Positions 1 to 8,000 of a DNA stretch of 64,000 bases are shown here, in pieces. The translations under genes were made by a program, and so were the position numbers. The stretch lies in the NCBI GenBank assembly GCA_035776655.1, contig DASTWK010000047.1, positions 1,259 through 65,258 of the forward strand, given 5' to 3'. The DNA comes from Mycobacteriales bacterium. Lineage in GTDB: Bacteria; Actinomycetota; Actinomycetes; JAFAQI01. Below the pieces are notes generated by a model. It was not told where the DNA came from, did not search any database, and saw nothing but the letters and a program-made list of their open reading frames with translations. How positions within the stretch are numbered: position 1 is the first letter of the stretch; each line of letters starts with the position of its first letter.

Positions 1-383
1 ACGTGCTGACGACGGTGGTGGGGCTGGCGGAGCGGGCGCTGGCGGCGGGGGTACGGCGGGAGTCGGTGCTCATCGACCCCGGGCACGACTTCGGCAAGAA
101 CACCTGGCACTCGCTGGAGGTCACCCGGCGGCTCGGCGAGCTGGTCGACACCGGCTGGCCGGTGCTGGTGTCGTTGTCCAACAAGGACTTCGTCGGCGAG
201 ACGCTGGACCGGCCGGTGCCGGAGCGGCTGGTCGGCACCCTGGCGACGACGTCGATCTCCGCGTGGCTGGGGGCGCGGGTGTTCCGCGCGCACAACGTGC
301 GGGAGACCCGGGACACCCTCGACATGGTCGCGACCCTGCGCGGGACCCGCCCACCCGCCGTCGCCCGCCGCGGCCTCGCCTGA
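1..383 (+). CDS. folP: dihydropteroate synthase, C-terminal fragment (5' end lies outside the window)
   Basis: The ORF is open to the window edge. GHDFGKN...PVLVSLSNKDFVGE...VFRAHNVRET matches the C-terminal half of the DHPS pterin-binding barrel. Confidence 0.8.
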   Translation, partial: VLTTVVGLAERALAAGVRRESVLIDPGHDFGKNTWHSLEVTRRLGELVDTGWPVLVSLSNKDFVGETLDRPVPERLVGTLATTSISAWLGARVFRAHNVRETRDTLDMVATLRGTRPPAVARRGLA

Positions 384-398
384 CGGACGACGCCTCGG

Positions 399-986
399 TC
401 AGGGTTCGGCTTCGAGGACCTCGTCGGCGGCGGGTGGCTGAACCATCGGCGGCTGCTCGAGCAGGTCGAACGCCTCGGGTACGCCGGTCGCCCAGCGGAT
501 CGCGTCGTTCACGGACGGGCGGGCGAAACCGGCGGCGATCAGCTGCTCGACCTGCTCGCGCAACGGCGCGAACATGCCGTCCGGGTCGAGCACGACGACC
601 GGCTTGTCGTGCATCCGCAACGTGCGCGACACCCAGACCTCGAGCAGCTCCTCCAAGGTGCCGAGACCGCCCGGCAGCGTCAGGAACGCGTCGGCGCGAC
701 GATCCATCTCGCCCTTGCGTGCGCGCATGTCCGCCGTGACGAGCAGCTCGGCGGCGTCCTCGTCGGCGACCTCATAGGCCAGCAACGCCTCCGGGATCAC
801 ACCGATCGTGTGCGCGCCGCCGGCTCGCGCCGCTCGCGCGACCGACCCCATGCACGACACGGAGCCGCCGCCGCTGACCAGGGTGTGACCGCGGTGGGCC
901 AGCTCCGCGCCGACCTCAGCCGCCAGGTCGACGTACCGCTGGTCGATCCGCTCGCTCGACGCGCAGAACACGCAGATCGTCGCCAT
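399..986 (-). CDS. LOG family protein (TIGR00730; cytokinin riboside 5'-monophosphate phosphoribohydrolase-like)
   Basis: Track ORF 399..1490 is over-extended. The ATG at 986 gives 195 aa (MATICVFCASS...) with the LOG motifs SGGGSVSCMG and PGGLGTLEEL. Confidence 0.85.
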   Translation of the reverse strand: MATICVFCASSERIDQRYVDLAAEVGAELAHRGHTLVSGGGSVSCMGSVARAARAGGAHTIGVIPEALLAYEVADEDAAELLVTADMRARKGEMDRRADAFLTLPGGLGTLEELLEVWVSRTLRMHDKPVVVLDPDGMFAPLREQVEQLIAAGFARPSVNDAIRWATGVPEAFDLLEQPPMVQPPAADEVLEAEP

Positions 987-1008
987 CAGCGACCAGGCGA
1001 TCGAGGTG

Positions 1009-1905
1009 TCATGGGCGCTCGGAGCGGCGGATGATGTCGACGATCTCGTCGACGTCGTCGCTGACCTGGATGAGCTCGAGGTCGGGCTCGCTGACCTTGC
1101 CGTCGCGCAACATCGTCTCGCGCAGCCAGTCGATGAGCCCGGACCAGTACGACGAGCCGTAGAGCACGACCGGGAACGACGTGACCTTGCGCGTCTGGAC
1201 CAGGGTGAGTGCCTCGAACAGCTCGTCCATGGTGCCGAAGCCACCAGGGAGTACGACGAACGCCTGCGCATATTTGACGAACATCGTCTTGCGCGCGAAG
1301 AAGTAGCGGAAGTTGAGCCCGATGTCGACCCAGTCGTTGATGCGCTGCTCGAAGGGCAGCTCGATGCCGAGCCCGACCGAGACGCCGCCGCCTTCACAGG
1401 TGCCTTTGTTGACGGCTTCCATGAGGCCCGGTCCGCCGCCGGTGATGACGGCATAGCCGGCGCGGGCGAGCGCGGCGCCCAGGCGAACACCGACGGCGTA
1501 CTCCTCCGTGTCGGGCGCGACCCGCGCCGAGCCGAACACGCTCACGGCCTTGGGCAGCTCGGCGAGCAGGCCGAACCCTTCGATGAACTCCGACTGGATC
1601 CGCAGCACGCGCCACGGGTCGGTGTGCACCCAGTCGGACGGGCCGCGGGTGTCGAGCAAGCGCTGATCGGTGGTGCTGCCCTCGACCGCCTGCTCGCGGC
1701 GCAACGTCACCGGCCCGCGTTGCTTCTCCCGCGCGGGAGCGCGACCTTCCCGGGCCTGCTCGGCGGCGGTCTGCGCGGTGGCGCGCTCCTCGGTGGGGCG
1801 CTGGGCGCCGGCGTCGGTCCCGTCCGCGGCGTCCGGGTCGGTGACGCGCAGGTGCGGCTCGCCGGCGCGCGCCGGCATCCGGTCCGGGTCGATCGGCTCC
1901 GCCAT
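1009..1905 (-). CDS. LOG family protein with a ~100-aa low-complexity N-terminal extension
   Basis: The ATG at 1905 (MAEPIDP...) gives 298 aa and lies 4 nt after the dapE stop. The C-terminal part carries ITGGGPGLMEA and PGGFGTMDELFE. Confidence 0.85.
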   Translation of the reverse strand: MAEPIDPDRMPARAGEPHLRVTDPDAADGTDAGAQRPTEERATAQTAAEQAREGRAPAREKQRGPVTLRREQAVEGSTTDQRLLDTRGPSDWVHTDPWRVLRIQSEFIEGFGLLAELPKAVSVFGSARVAPDTEEYAVGVRLGAALARAGYAVITGGGPGLMEAVNKGTCEGGGVSVGLGIELPFEQRINDWVDIGLNFRYFFARKTMFVKYAQAFVVLPGGFGTMDELFEALTLVQTRKVTSFPVVLYGSSYWSGLIDWLRETMLRDGKVSEPDLELIQVSDDVDEIVDIIRRSERP

Positions 1906-1909
1906 CTGC

Positions 1910-2965
1910 TCAGCCTGCCAGGTAGTCGCGGAGCACGCGCTCACATTCGCCGATGCGAGACACCTCGACGTACTCCTCGCGCGTGTGCGCGAGGTTGGGG
2001 TCGCCGGGACCGAAGTTGACGGCGGGGATGCCGAGCGCGGCGAACCGCGCGACGTCGGTCCAGCCCAGCTTGGCGACCGGGTCGCCGTCGATCGCGGCGA
2101 CGAACTCCGCCGCGGCCGGCTCCCCCAGCCGCGGCAACGCCCCCGGCGAGGAGTCGGTGGGCACACACTCGAACGGCGCGAGCACCTCTTGCACGTGTTG
2201 CAGGGCCGCCGCCTCGTCGCGGTCGGGCGCGAACCGGTAGTTGACCGTGACCGTGCAGCGGTCGGGCACGACGTTGCCGGAGACGCCGCCTTCGATGCGG
2301 ACCGCGTTGAGCCCCTCGCGATATTCGCAGCCGTCGATGACGACCCGCCGCGGCTCATAGCCGGCGAGCTTCTCCAGCACCTGCCCGGCCCGGTGGATCG
2401 CGTTGTCGCCGAGCCAGGAGCGGGCGCTGTGGGCGCGCTTGCCGGGTACGACGACGAGCGCGCGCAGCGTCCCCTGGCAACCGGCCTCGACGCGGTTGGA
2501 CGTCGGCTCCATCAGGATCGCCAGGTCGGCCTGCAACCACTGCGGGCTGTTGCGGGCAACGCGCGCGAGGCCGTTGCGCGCGGCGTCGGTCTCCTCGTTG
2601 TCGTAGAACAGCCAGTTGACGTCGTGGCGCGGGGTGGCGAGCGTCGCCGCCACCCGCAGCATCACGGCGATGCCGGCCTTCATGTCCGAGGTGCCACAGC
2701 CGAACAACCGCTCGCCGTCCCGGCGACTCGGCAGGTTGTCCGCGACCGGGACGGTGTCGAGGTGACCGGCGATGACGATGCGCTGGGCGCGGCCGAGGGT
2801 GGTGCGGGCGAGGACGGCGTCGCCGTCGCGGTCGACCTCGAGGTGGCTGATCTGCTTGAGGGCGGACTCCACCTCGTCGGCGAGGCGGCTCTCGCTGCCC
2901 GAGACCGACGGCACGTCGACGAGGCTCGCGGTCAGCGCGTCGCCCGGGAGGGTGAGGTCGATCAT
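1910..2965 (-). CDS. dapE: succinyl-diaminopimelate desuccinylase (M20 peptidase)
   Basis: 351 aa with IAGHLDTVP, GCGTSDMKAG and YDNEE metal-site motifs. It is divergent from dapD. Confidence 0.9.
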   Translation of the reverse strand: MIDLTLPGDALTASLVDVPSVSGSESRLADEVESALKQISHLEVDRDGDAVLARTTLGRAQRIVIAGHLDTVPVADNLPSRRDGERLFGCGTSDMKAGIAVMLRVAATLATPRHDVNWLFYDNEETDAARNGLARVARNSPQWLQADLAILMEPTSNRVEAGCQGTLRALVVVPGKRAHSARSWLGDNAIHRAGQVLEKLAGYEPRRVVIDGCEYREGLNAVRIEGGVSGNVVPDRCTVTVNYRFAPDRDEAAALQHVQEVLAPFECVPTDSSPGALPRLGEPAAAEFVAAIDGDPVAKLGWTDVARFAALGIPAVNFGPGDPNLAHTREEYVEVSRIGECERVLRDYLAG

Positions 2966-3078
2966 CGGTGCCAGCCTAGGTCCCGCACTCCCCGGGGCGG
3001 GGCCGCCACGGCGGAGAAGGCCGAGGCACTGCGTCGACCGTCCCCGGGTCGCGTGCCGGCGGCTTCTAGAGTTGCGCG

Positions 3079-4002
3079 GTGAGCTTTCGCGACCAACCGG
3101 CGAGCGGCATCGGGCTGGCGACGTACGACGGCAGCGGCCGGCTGCTCGACCTCTGGTTCCCGACGCCGTCGCTGGAGGCGACCCCGCAGCCGATCCCGGA
3201 GCTGCCGACGGAGAAGGACGAGCTGCGGGGGACGCGCAGCGACGTCGTACGCGTCTCCATCGCCTCCCTCGCCGATGCCCCCGCCGACGCCGCGGACGTC
3301 TGGCTGCGGCTGCACCTGCTGTCGCACCGGTTGATCCGCCCGCACGAGGCGAACCTCGACGGCATCTTCGGCCTGCTGACGAACGTGGCCTGGACGTCGC
3401 TCGGGCCGGTGGCGGCCGACGAGGTCGACGCGGTGCGGCTGCGGGCGCGGGTGGAGGGCGTGCGGCTCGAGGTGTTCGGCGTGGACAAGTTCCCCCGGAT
3501 GACCGACTACGTGGTGCCGAGCGGCGTGCGGATCGCGGATGCCGACCGGGTGCGGCTGGGGGCGCACCTCGCGGCGGGTACGACGGTGATGCACGAGGGG
3601 TTCGTCAACTACAACGCCGGCACGCTCGGCACCTCCATGGTGGAAGGGCGGATCTCGGCCGGCGTCGTCGTCGGTGACGGCACCGACATCGGCGGCGGCG
3701 CCTCGATCATCGGGACGCTCTCCGGCGGTGGGCAGATCGTGGTGTCGCTGGGGGAACGGTGCCTGCTCGGCGCCAACGCCGGCATCGGCATCCCGCTCGG
3801 CGACGACTGCGTCGTCGAGGCCGGGTGCTACGTCACTGCCGGGTCGAAGGTGACGTTGCCGGACGGCGACGTCGTGCGAGCGCGCGACCTCGCCGGGGTG
3901 AGCAACCTGCTGTTCTGGCGCAACAGCGTCACCGGCACGATCGAAGCCCGGCCCCGCACCGGCTCCTGGGGCGGGCTCAACGCCGCCCTGCACGCGAACT
4001 GA
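3079..4002 (+). CDS. dapD: 2,3,4,5-tetrahydropyridine-2,6-dicarboxylate N-succinyltransferase
   Basis: 307 aa with a GTG start. It has a left-handed beta-helix hexapeptide region (GVVVGDGTDIGGGASIIGTLSGGG...GANAGIGIPLGDDCVVEAG) and an actinobacterial-type N-terminal domain. Confidence 0.9.
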   Translation: MSFRDQPASGIGLATYDGSGRLLDLWFPTPSLEATPQPIPELPTEKDELRGTRSDVVRVSIASLADAPADAADVWLRLHLLSHRLIRPHEANLDGIFGLLTNVAWTSLGPVAADEVDAVRLRARVEGVRLEVFGVDKFPRMTDYVVPSGVRIADADRVRLGAHLAAGTTVMHEGFVNYNAGTLGTSMVEGRISAGVVVGDGTDIGGGASIIGTLSGGGQIVVSLGERCLLGANAGIGIPLGDDCVVEAGCYVTAGSKVTLPDGDVVRARDLAGVSNLLFWRNSVTGTIEARPRTGSWGGLNAALHAN

Positions 4003-4047
4003 GCCGCTCGGTCCCGCCGGTGACCGCGCTGCGGTCGGCTGCGGTCG

Positions 4048-4320
4048 TCAGGCGGGCGGGTCGGTCGCGCGCTCGGCCTCCCACGCGGTGAGCTGCTGCT
4101 CCAACGCCTTCATGATCTCGAACACCTGCGAGGGCGGGATCCGCACCCGGCTGGTCACCCGCGCGGTCAACGCCGCCGGTGTCGCCGGCTGCGCGAGCAC
4201 CGCGAAGTCGAGCACGAACACGTCCTTGCTGTGCCAGACGCTGACGAAGTCGGCGTAGGTCCCTTCGATCTGCTCGTCGGGGATGTGGATCTGCGCCTGC
4301 TGCTGCGGTTGCTCGCTCAC
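4048..4320 (-). CDS. small conserved protein (DUF3467-like)
   Basis: Track ORF 4048..5376 is over-extended. The GTG at 4320 overlaps the dapC stop as GTGA and gives 90 aa. EGTYADFVSVWHSKDVFVLDF resembles the DUF3467 core. Confidence 0.75.
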   Translation of the reverse strand: MSEQPQQQAQIHIPDEQIEGTYADFVSVWHSKDVFVLDFAVLAQPATPAALTARVTSRVRIPPSQVFEIMKALEQQLTAWEAERATDPPA

Positions 4321-5408
4321 CCGCCCGACCCTAACCGTGCGACCGCGGCGTCGATCCGCTCGTCGGTGGCGGTGAGCGCGACCCGCACGTGCCGCGCCCC
4401 GGCGGGACCGTAGAACTCCCCCGGTGCGACGAGGATCCCGCGTTCGGCCAGCCAGGCGACGGTGTCCCAGCAGCGCTCGTCGCGAGTGGCCCAGAGATAG
4501 AGCCCGGCCTCGCTGTGGTCGATGGTGAAGCCCGCGGCGGCGAGTGCGGGCAACAGCCTGGCCCGCCGGGCGCGATAGCGATCCCGTTGCGCCACAACGT
4601 GTTCGTCGTCGTCGAGGGCGGCGACCATGGCGGCCTGCACCGGCGCCGGCACGATCATGCCGGCGTGCTTGCGGATCTCGAGCAGCCGCGCGACCAACCG
4701 CGCGTCGCCGGCGACGAACCCGGCGCGATAACCCGCGAGGTTGGACCGCTTCGACAGCGAGTGCACCGCGAGCAGCCCGTCGACGGAACCACCGCAGACC
4801 TCCGGTGACAGCACCGACGGGGGTGGCTCCGCGTCGTACCAGAGATCCGCGTAGCACTCGTCGCTCGCCACCACCGTGCCGCGTGCCCGAGCCCAGTCGG
4901 CGACCTTGCGCAGGTGCGGTGCCGGCAGCACCTTGCCGGTCGGGTTGGCGGGTGAGTTGACCCAGAGCAGGTCGAGGCGTTCGGGGCCGAGGGCGGTGAG
5001 CGCGTCGACGGTGCGGCCGCTGGCGTGAGCGAGGCGCGCGCCGACGTCGTAGGTCGGGTAGGCGAGGCCGGGGAAGCCGACCGACTGGGCACCGAGCAGC
5101 ATCGGCAGCCAGGCGACGAGCTCCTTGGTGCCGATGACCGGCAGCACGGCGGTGGGCGGGACGTCGGCGCCGAAGCGGCGGCGCAACCAGCCGGCCGCGG
5201 CCTCGCGCAGCCGCTCGGTGCCGGCGGTGAGCGGGTAGCCGGGAGCGTCGGCGGCGGCGGCGAGCGCGTCCCGGATCAGCGGCGGCGTCGGGTCGACCGG
5301 TGTGCCGACGGACAGGTCGACGATGCCGTCGGCGTGCTGGCGCGCCCGGGTCGCGGCCGGCGCGAGCCGGTCCCACGGGAACTCCGGCAGCCGCGCCGCG
5401 AGCGTCAC
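4317..5408 (-). CDS. dapC: succinyldiaminopimelate aminotransferase (class I PLP aminotransferase)
   Basis: 363 aa with NSPANPTG and the PLP-lysine motif SLSKRSNLAGYRAGF. It sits next to fdxA, as in mycobacteria. Confidence 0.85.
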   Translation of the reverse strand: MTLAARLPEFPWDRLAPAATRARQHADGIVDLSVGTPVDPTPPLIRDALAAAADAPGYPLTAGTERLREAAAGWLRRRFGADVPPTAVLPVIGTKELVAWLPMLLGAQSVGFPGLAYPTYDVGARLAHASGRTVDALTALGPERLDLLWVNSPANPTGKVLPAPHLRKVADWARARGTVVASDECYADLWYDAEPPPSVLSPEVCGGSVDGLLAVHSLSKRSNLAGYRAGFVAGDARLVARLLEIRKHAGMIVPAPVQAAMVAALDDDEHVVAQRDRYRARRARLLPALAAAGFTIDHSEAGLYLWATRDERCWDTVAWLAERGILVAPGEFYGPAGARHVRVALTATDERIDAAVARLGSGG

Positions 5409-5476
5409 GACGGCGCCCGCCTCACCACGCCCCGATCATGGCGTGATCCGCATCCCGGGACCGGTGGTGGCCGAGG

Positions 5477-5815
5477 TCAGTGACGGGCGGTGTCGGCGTT
5501 GACATCCGGCGGCAGCGCCGCGACCAGCGGATGGTCCTTGTCGATCTTGCCGACCTTGGAGGCACCACCGGGTGAGCCGAGGTCGTCGAAGAACTCGACG
5601 TTGGCCTTGTAGTAGTCCTTCCACTGCTCCGGCGTATCGTCCTCATAGAAAATCGCCTCGACCGGGCAGACCGGCTCGCAGGCGCCGCAGTCGACGCACT
5701 CGTCCGGGTGGATGTAGAGCATCCGCTTGCCTTCATAGATGCAGTCCACCGGGCATTCTTCGATGCACGCCTTGTCGAGCACGTCGACACACGGCTCGGC
5801 GATGACGTAGGTCAC
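5477..5815 (-). CDS. fdxA: 7Fe ferredoxin (3Fe-4S + 4Fe-4S)
   Basis: 112 aa starting MTYVIAEPCVDVLDKACIEECPVDCIY...CVDCGACEPVCPVEAI. This is the canonical actinobacterial FdxA cysteine pattern. Confidence 0.92.
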   Translation of the reverse strand: MTYVIAEPCVDVLDKACIEECPVDCIYEGKRMLYIHPDECVDCGACEPVCPVEAIFYEDDTPEQWKDYYKANVEFFDDLGSPGGASKVGKIDKDHPLVAALPPDVNADTARH

Positions 5816-5929
5816 GCGTAAACCCTCCTCGGACGAGCGGCGCGATCAGTGCGGCGCGCCTGCAAACATTGTGACCTGCGCAGGTCGGGGCCGGCGACGC
5901 CGGGGCTGGGATCGCGAGAAGATGCGGGC

Positions 5930-6949
5930 GTGCAGGTCGGCGACACGGTGACGCTGCGGGTGCTCACCCCGGCCGGGCCGACCGACGTCGTCGGCACGCT
6001 GCTGGCGACGGAGCGGGAGACGCTGACGGTACGCCGGCGGGACGGGCGTGTCGCCGTCATCGCGGTCGACTCCGTGCGAGCTGGGCGGGTGGTGCCACCG
6101 GGCCCGGCCCGCCGGATCAGCGCCGGCGACCTGCACCGGGTGATGGCCCTCGGCTGGCGGGCCGGGGACGTCGCGCGGCTCGGCGAGTGGCTGCTGCGCG
6201 CCAACGGCGGCTTCACCGGCCGGGCCAACTCCGCGCTGCCCGTCGGTGATCCCGGCGTTGCGGTCGATGCGGCGGTCGCGGCCGTGGAGCGGTGGTACGC
6301 CGAGCGCGGGTTGCCGGCGCGGATCCAGCTGCCGGGCCACGACGCCGCTGCCGGTGTCGTCGACCGGCTCGACGCGCAGGGCTGGGAGGAGAGCCCGCCG
6401 ACGATCGTCATGACCGCCGAGCTGGGGCCGGTGCTGCGCGGAGCGGCGACAGTCAGTGGCGTGGGCGACTCCGTCGCGGGTGGTGAGCTCGGGGGCGACG
6501 AGGCCGCGGGCGGCGAGGTTGTGGGGGGTGCGGTCGAGCTGCGGGTCGACGCCGAGCCGGATGACGCGTGGCTCGCGGCGTACCGGCAGGACTCCCCCGA
6601 TCGATCGCCCGCCGGCCGGCTGCCGGCGGCGGCCCGCGCAGTGCTGACCAACCACGACACCGCGCTGTTCGCTTCGGTGCGCGACGGCGGACGGTGCCCG
6701 GCCATCGCGCGGGTCGCGGTCGACGGTCGGTGGGCCGGGCTGTTCGGTGTCGAGGTCGACCCGGCGGCGCGCCGTCGCGGGCTCGGCGGTGCGGTGGTGG
6801 CCGCCGCGCTGCGGGCGGCGGTGACGCGCGGGGCGCGGCTGGGCTACCTGCAGGTCTTCGGCGCCAACACCGGCGCGATCGAGTTCTGGCACCGGCTCGG
6901 CTTCGTCGAGCACCACCGCTACGTCTACCGAACGCGCCATCCGAGCTGA
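5930..6949 (+). CDS. GNAT family N-acetyltransferase (two-domain)
   Basis: The C-terminal acetyl-CoA motif is RRRGLGGAVVAAAL...FWHRLGF. The start is uncertain: an in-frame GTG at 5930 is preferred over the ATG at 5849, which is only 34 nt from the fdxA start. Confidence 0.72.
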   Translation: MQVGDTVTLRVLTPAGPTDVVGTLLATERETLTVRRRDGRVAVIAVDSVRAGRVVPPGPARRISAGDLHRVMALGWRAGDVARLGEWLLRANGGFTGRANSALPVGDPGVAVDAAVAAVERWYAERGLPARIQLPGHDAAAGVVDRLDAQGWEESPPTIVMTAELGPVLRGAATVSGVGDSVAGGELGGDEAAGGEVVGGAVELRVDAEPDDAWLAAYRQDSPDRSPAGRLPAAARAVLTNHDTALFASVRDGGRCPAIARVAVDGRWAGLFGVEVDPAARRRGLGGAVVAAALRAAVTRGARLGYLQVFGANTGAIEFWHRLGFVEHHRYVYRTRHPS

Positions 6950-6995
6950 TCGCGCGAGGCGAAGAGCACTGGCGCGCGGCAGGTAGCGTCGAGCA

Positions 6996-7895
6996 GTGAG
7001 CCAGGAACGTCGCGGCACCATCCTCGGCGTCGCGGCCTACCTGGCCTGGGGGCTGTTCCCGCTCTACTGGCCGCTGCTCGAACCGGCGGGCGCGATCGAG
7101 ATCCTCGCGCACCGCGTCGTGTGGTCGCTCGTGTTCGTCGGGGTGCTGCTCCTCGTCGTACGACGGGCGGCCGGCGGGCTGCCCCGGGACCGACGGCGGT
7201 TGTCGTTGCTGGCGTTGGCTTCGTTGGTCATCGCGGTGAACTGGGGCCTCTACATCTGGGGCGTCAACCACGAGCACGTCGTCGAGACCTCGCTCGGCTA
7301 TTTCGTCAACCCGCTGGTCACGGTCGCACTCGGCGTGGTGGTGCTCGGCGAGCGGCTGCGGTCGACGCAGTGGGCGGCGGTCGCGGTCGCGGCGGTCGGC
7401 GTCATCGTGCTGACCGTGGAGGCGGGCCGGCCGCCCTGGATCGCACTGACGTTGGCGGCGAGCTTCGGCACTTACGGGTTGGTGAAGAAGGTCGTCGGCG
7501 TCGGCGCCGTCGAAGGGCTCGTGGTGGAGACCGCGATCCTTGCGCCGCTGGCGCTGGGCTATCTGCTGGCGGTCGGCGCGACCGGGTCGGGCACGTTCAC
7601 CGCACACGGATCGGGCCACACGTTGCTGCTCGTCGGCGCCGGGCCGGTGACGGCCTTGCCGCTGCTGGCGTTCGCGGGCGCCGCGGCGAGCGTGCCGCTG
7701 TCGCGGCTGGGACTGATGCAATACCTGACCCCGACGATGCAGTTCCTGCTCGGCGTCTTCCTGCGGCACGAGCCGCTCGGTCTGGGCCGGCTCGCCGGCT
7801 TCGCGCTCGTCTGGGTCGCGCTGGCGATGTTCACCGTCGACAGCGCGACCAGCCGACGCCGCCAGCTCGCGCTGACCGCCCAAGCCGTCACCTGA
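6996..7895 (+). CDS. rarD: EamA/RarD family transporter
   Basis: 299 aa with about 10 hydrophobic segments. The N-terminus GVAAYLAWGLFPLYW and the YFVNPL motif are typical of RarD. Confidence 0.85.
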   Translation: MSQERRGTILGVAAYLAWGLFPLYWPLLEPAGAIEILAHRVVWSLVFVGVLLLVVRRAAGGLPRDRRRLSLLALASLVIAVNWGLYIWGVNHEHVVETSLGYFVNPLVTVALGVVVLGERLRSTQWAAVAVAAVGVIVLTVEAGRPPWIALTLAASFGTYGLVKKVVGVGAVEGLVVETAILAPLALGYLLAVGATGSGTFTAHGSGHTLLLVGAGPVTALPLLAFAGAAASVPLSRLGLMQYLTPTMQFLLGVFLRHEPLGLGRLAGFALVWVALAMFTVDSATSRRRQLALTAQAVT

Positions 7896-7900
7896 CTCTT

Positions 7901-7963
7901 CGCCGATCATGGCGAAGGCAGCGTTATGGGTCGCTCATAAGGCGATGTTCGCCATGATCGGCG
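7901..7963. repeat. 63-bp palindromic intergenic element, copy 1
   Basis: CGCCGATCATGGCGAA, then a 31-nt core, then TTCGCCATGATCGGCG. The 16-bp inverted arms are perfect. The same architecture occurs at 9434 and 18247. Confidence 0.9.
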
Positions 7964-8000
7964 CGAAAGACGGCGGGGAGGGGGACCTAGGGTTGGCAGG

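Noticed and set aside
1006-3082. There are long alternate-frame or antisense ORFs throughout the track, for example 1006..2019 +, 1670..3082 +, 2962..3993 -, 53377..55737 +, 60205..62901 + and 62072..63460 -.
   Set aside because: They overlap strongly supported genes on the other strand or frame. Their translations are Arg/Ala/Pro/Gly-rich low-complexity strings typical of stop-codon-poor, high-GC DNA, and they have no recognisable motifs. I treat them as artefacts.
7940-7963. Minus-strand mini-ORFs lie inside the 63-bp elements (ATGGCGAAC ATC GCC TTA TGA = MANIAL*, and MAKQAL* in copy 2).
   Set aside because: The ATG and the TTAT(GA) are parts of the conserved arm and inner stem. Copy 3 lacks the stop codon and runs on out of frame with the neighbouring gene. 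No SD is present. This is most simply a by-product of the DNA or RNA structure.
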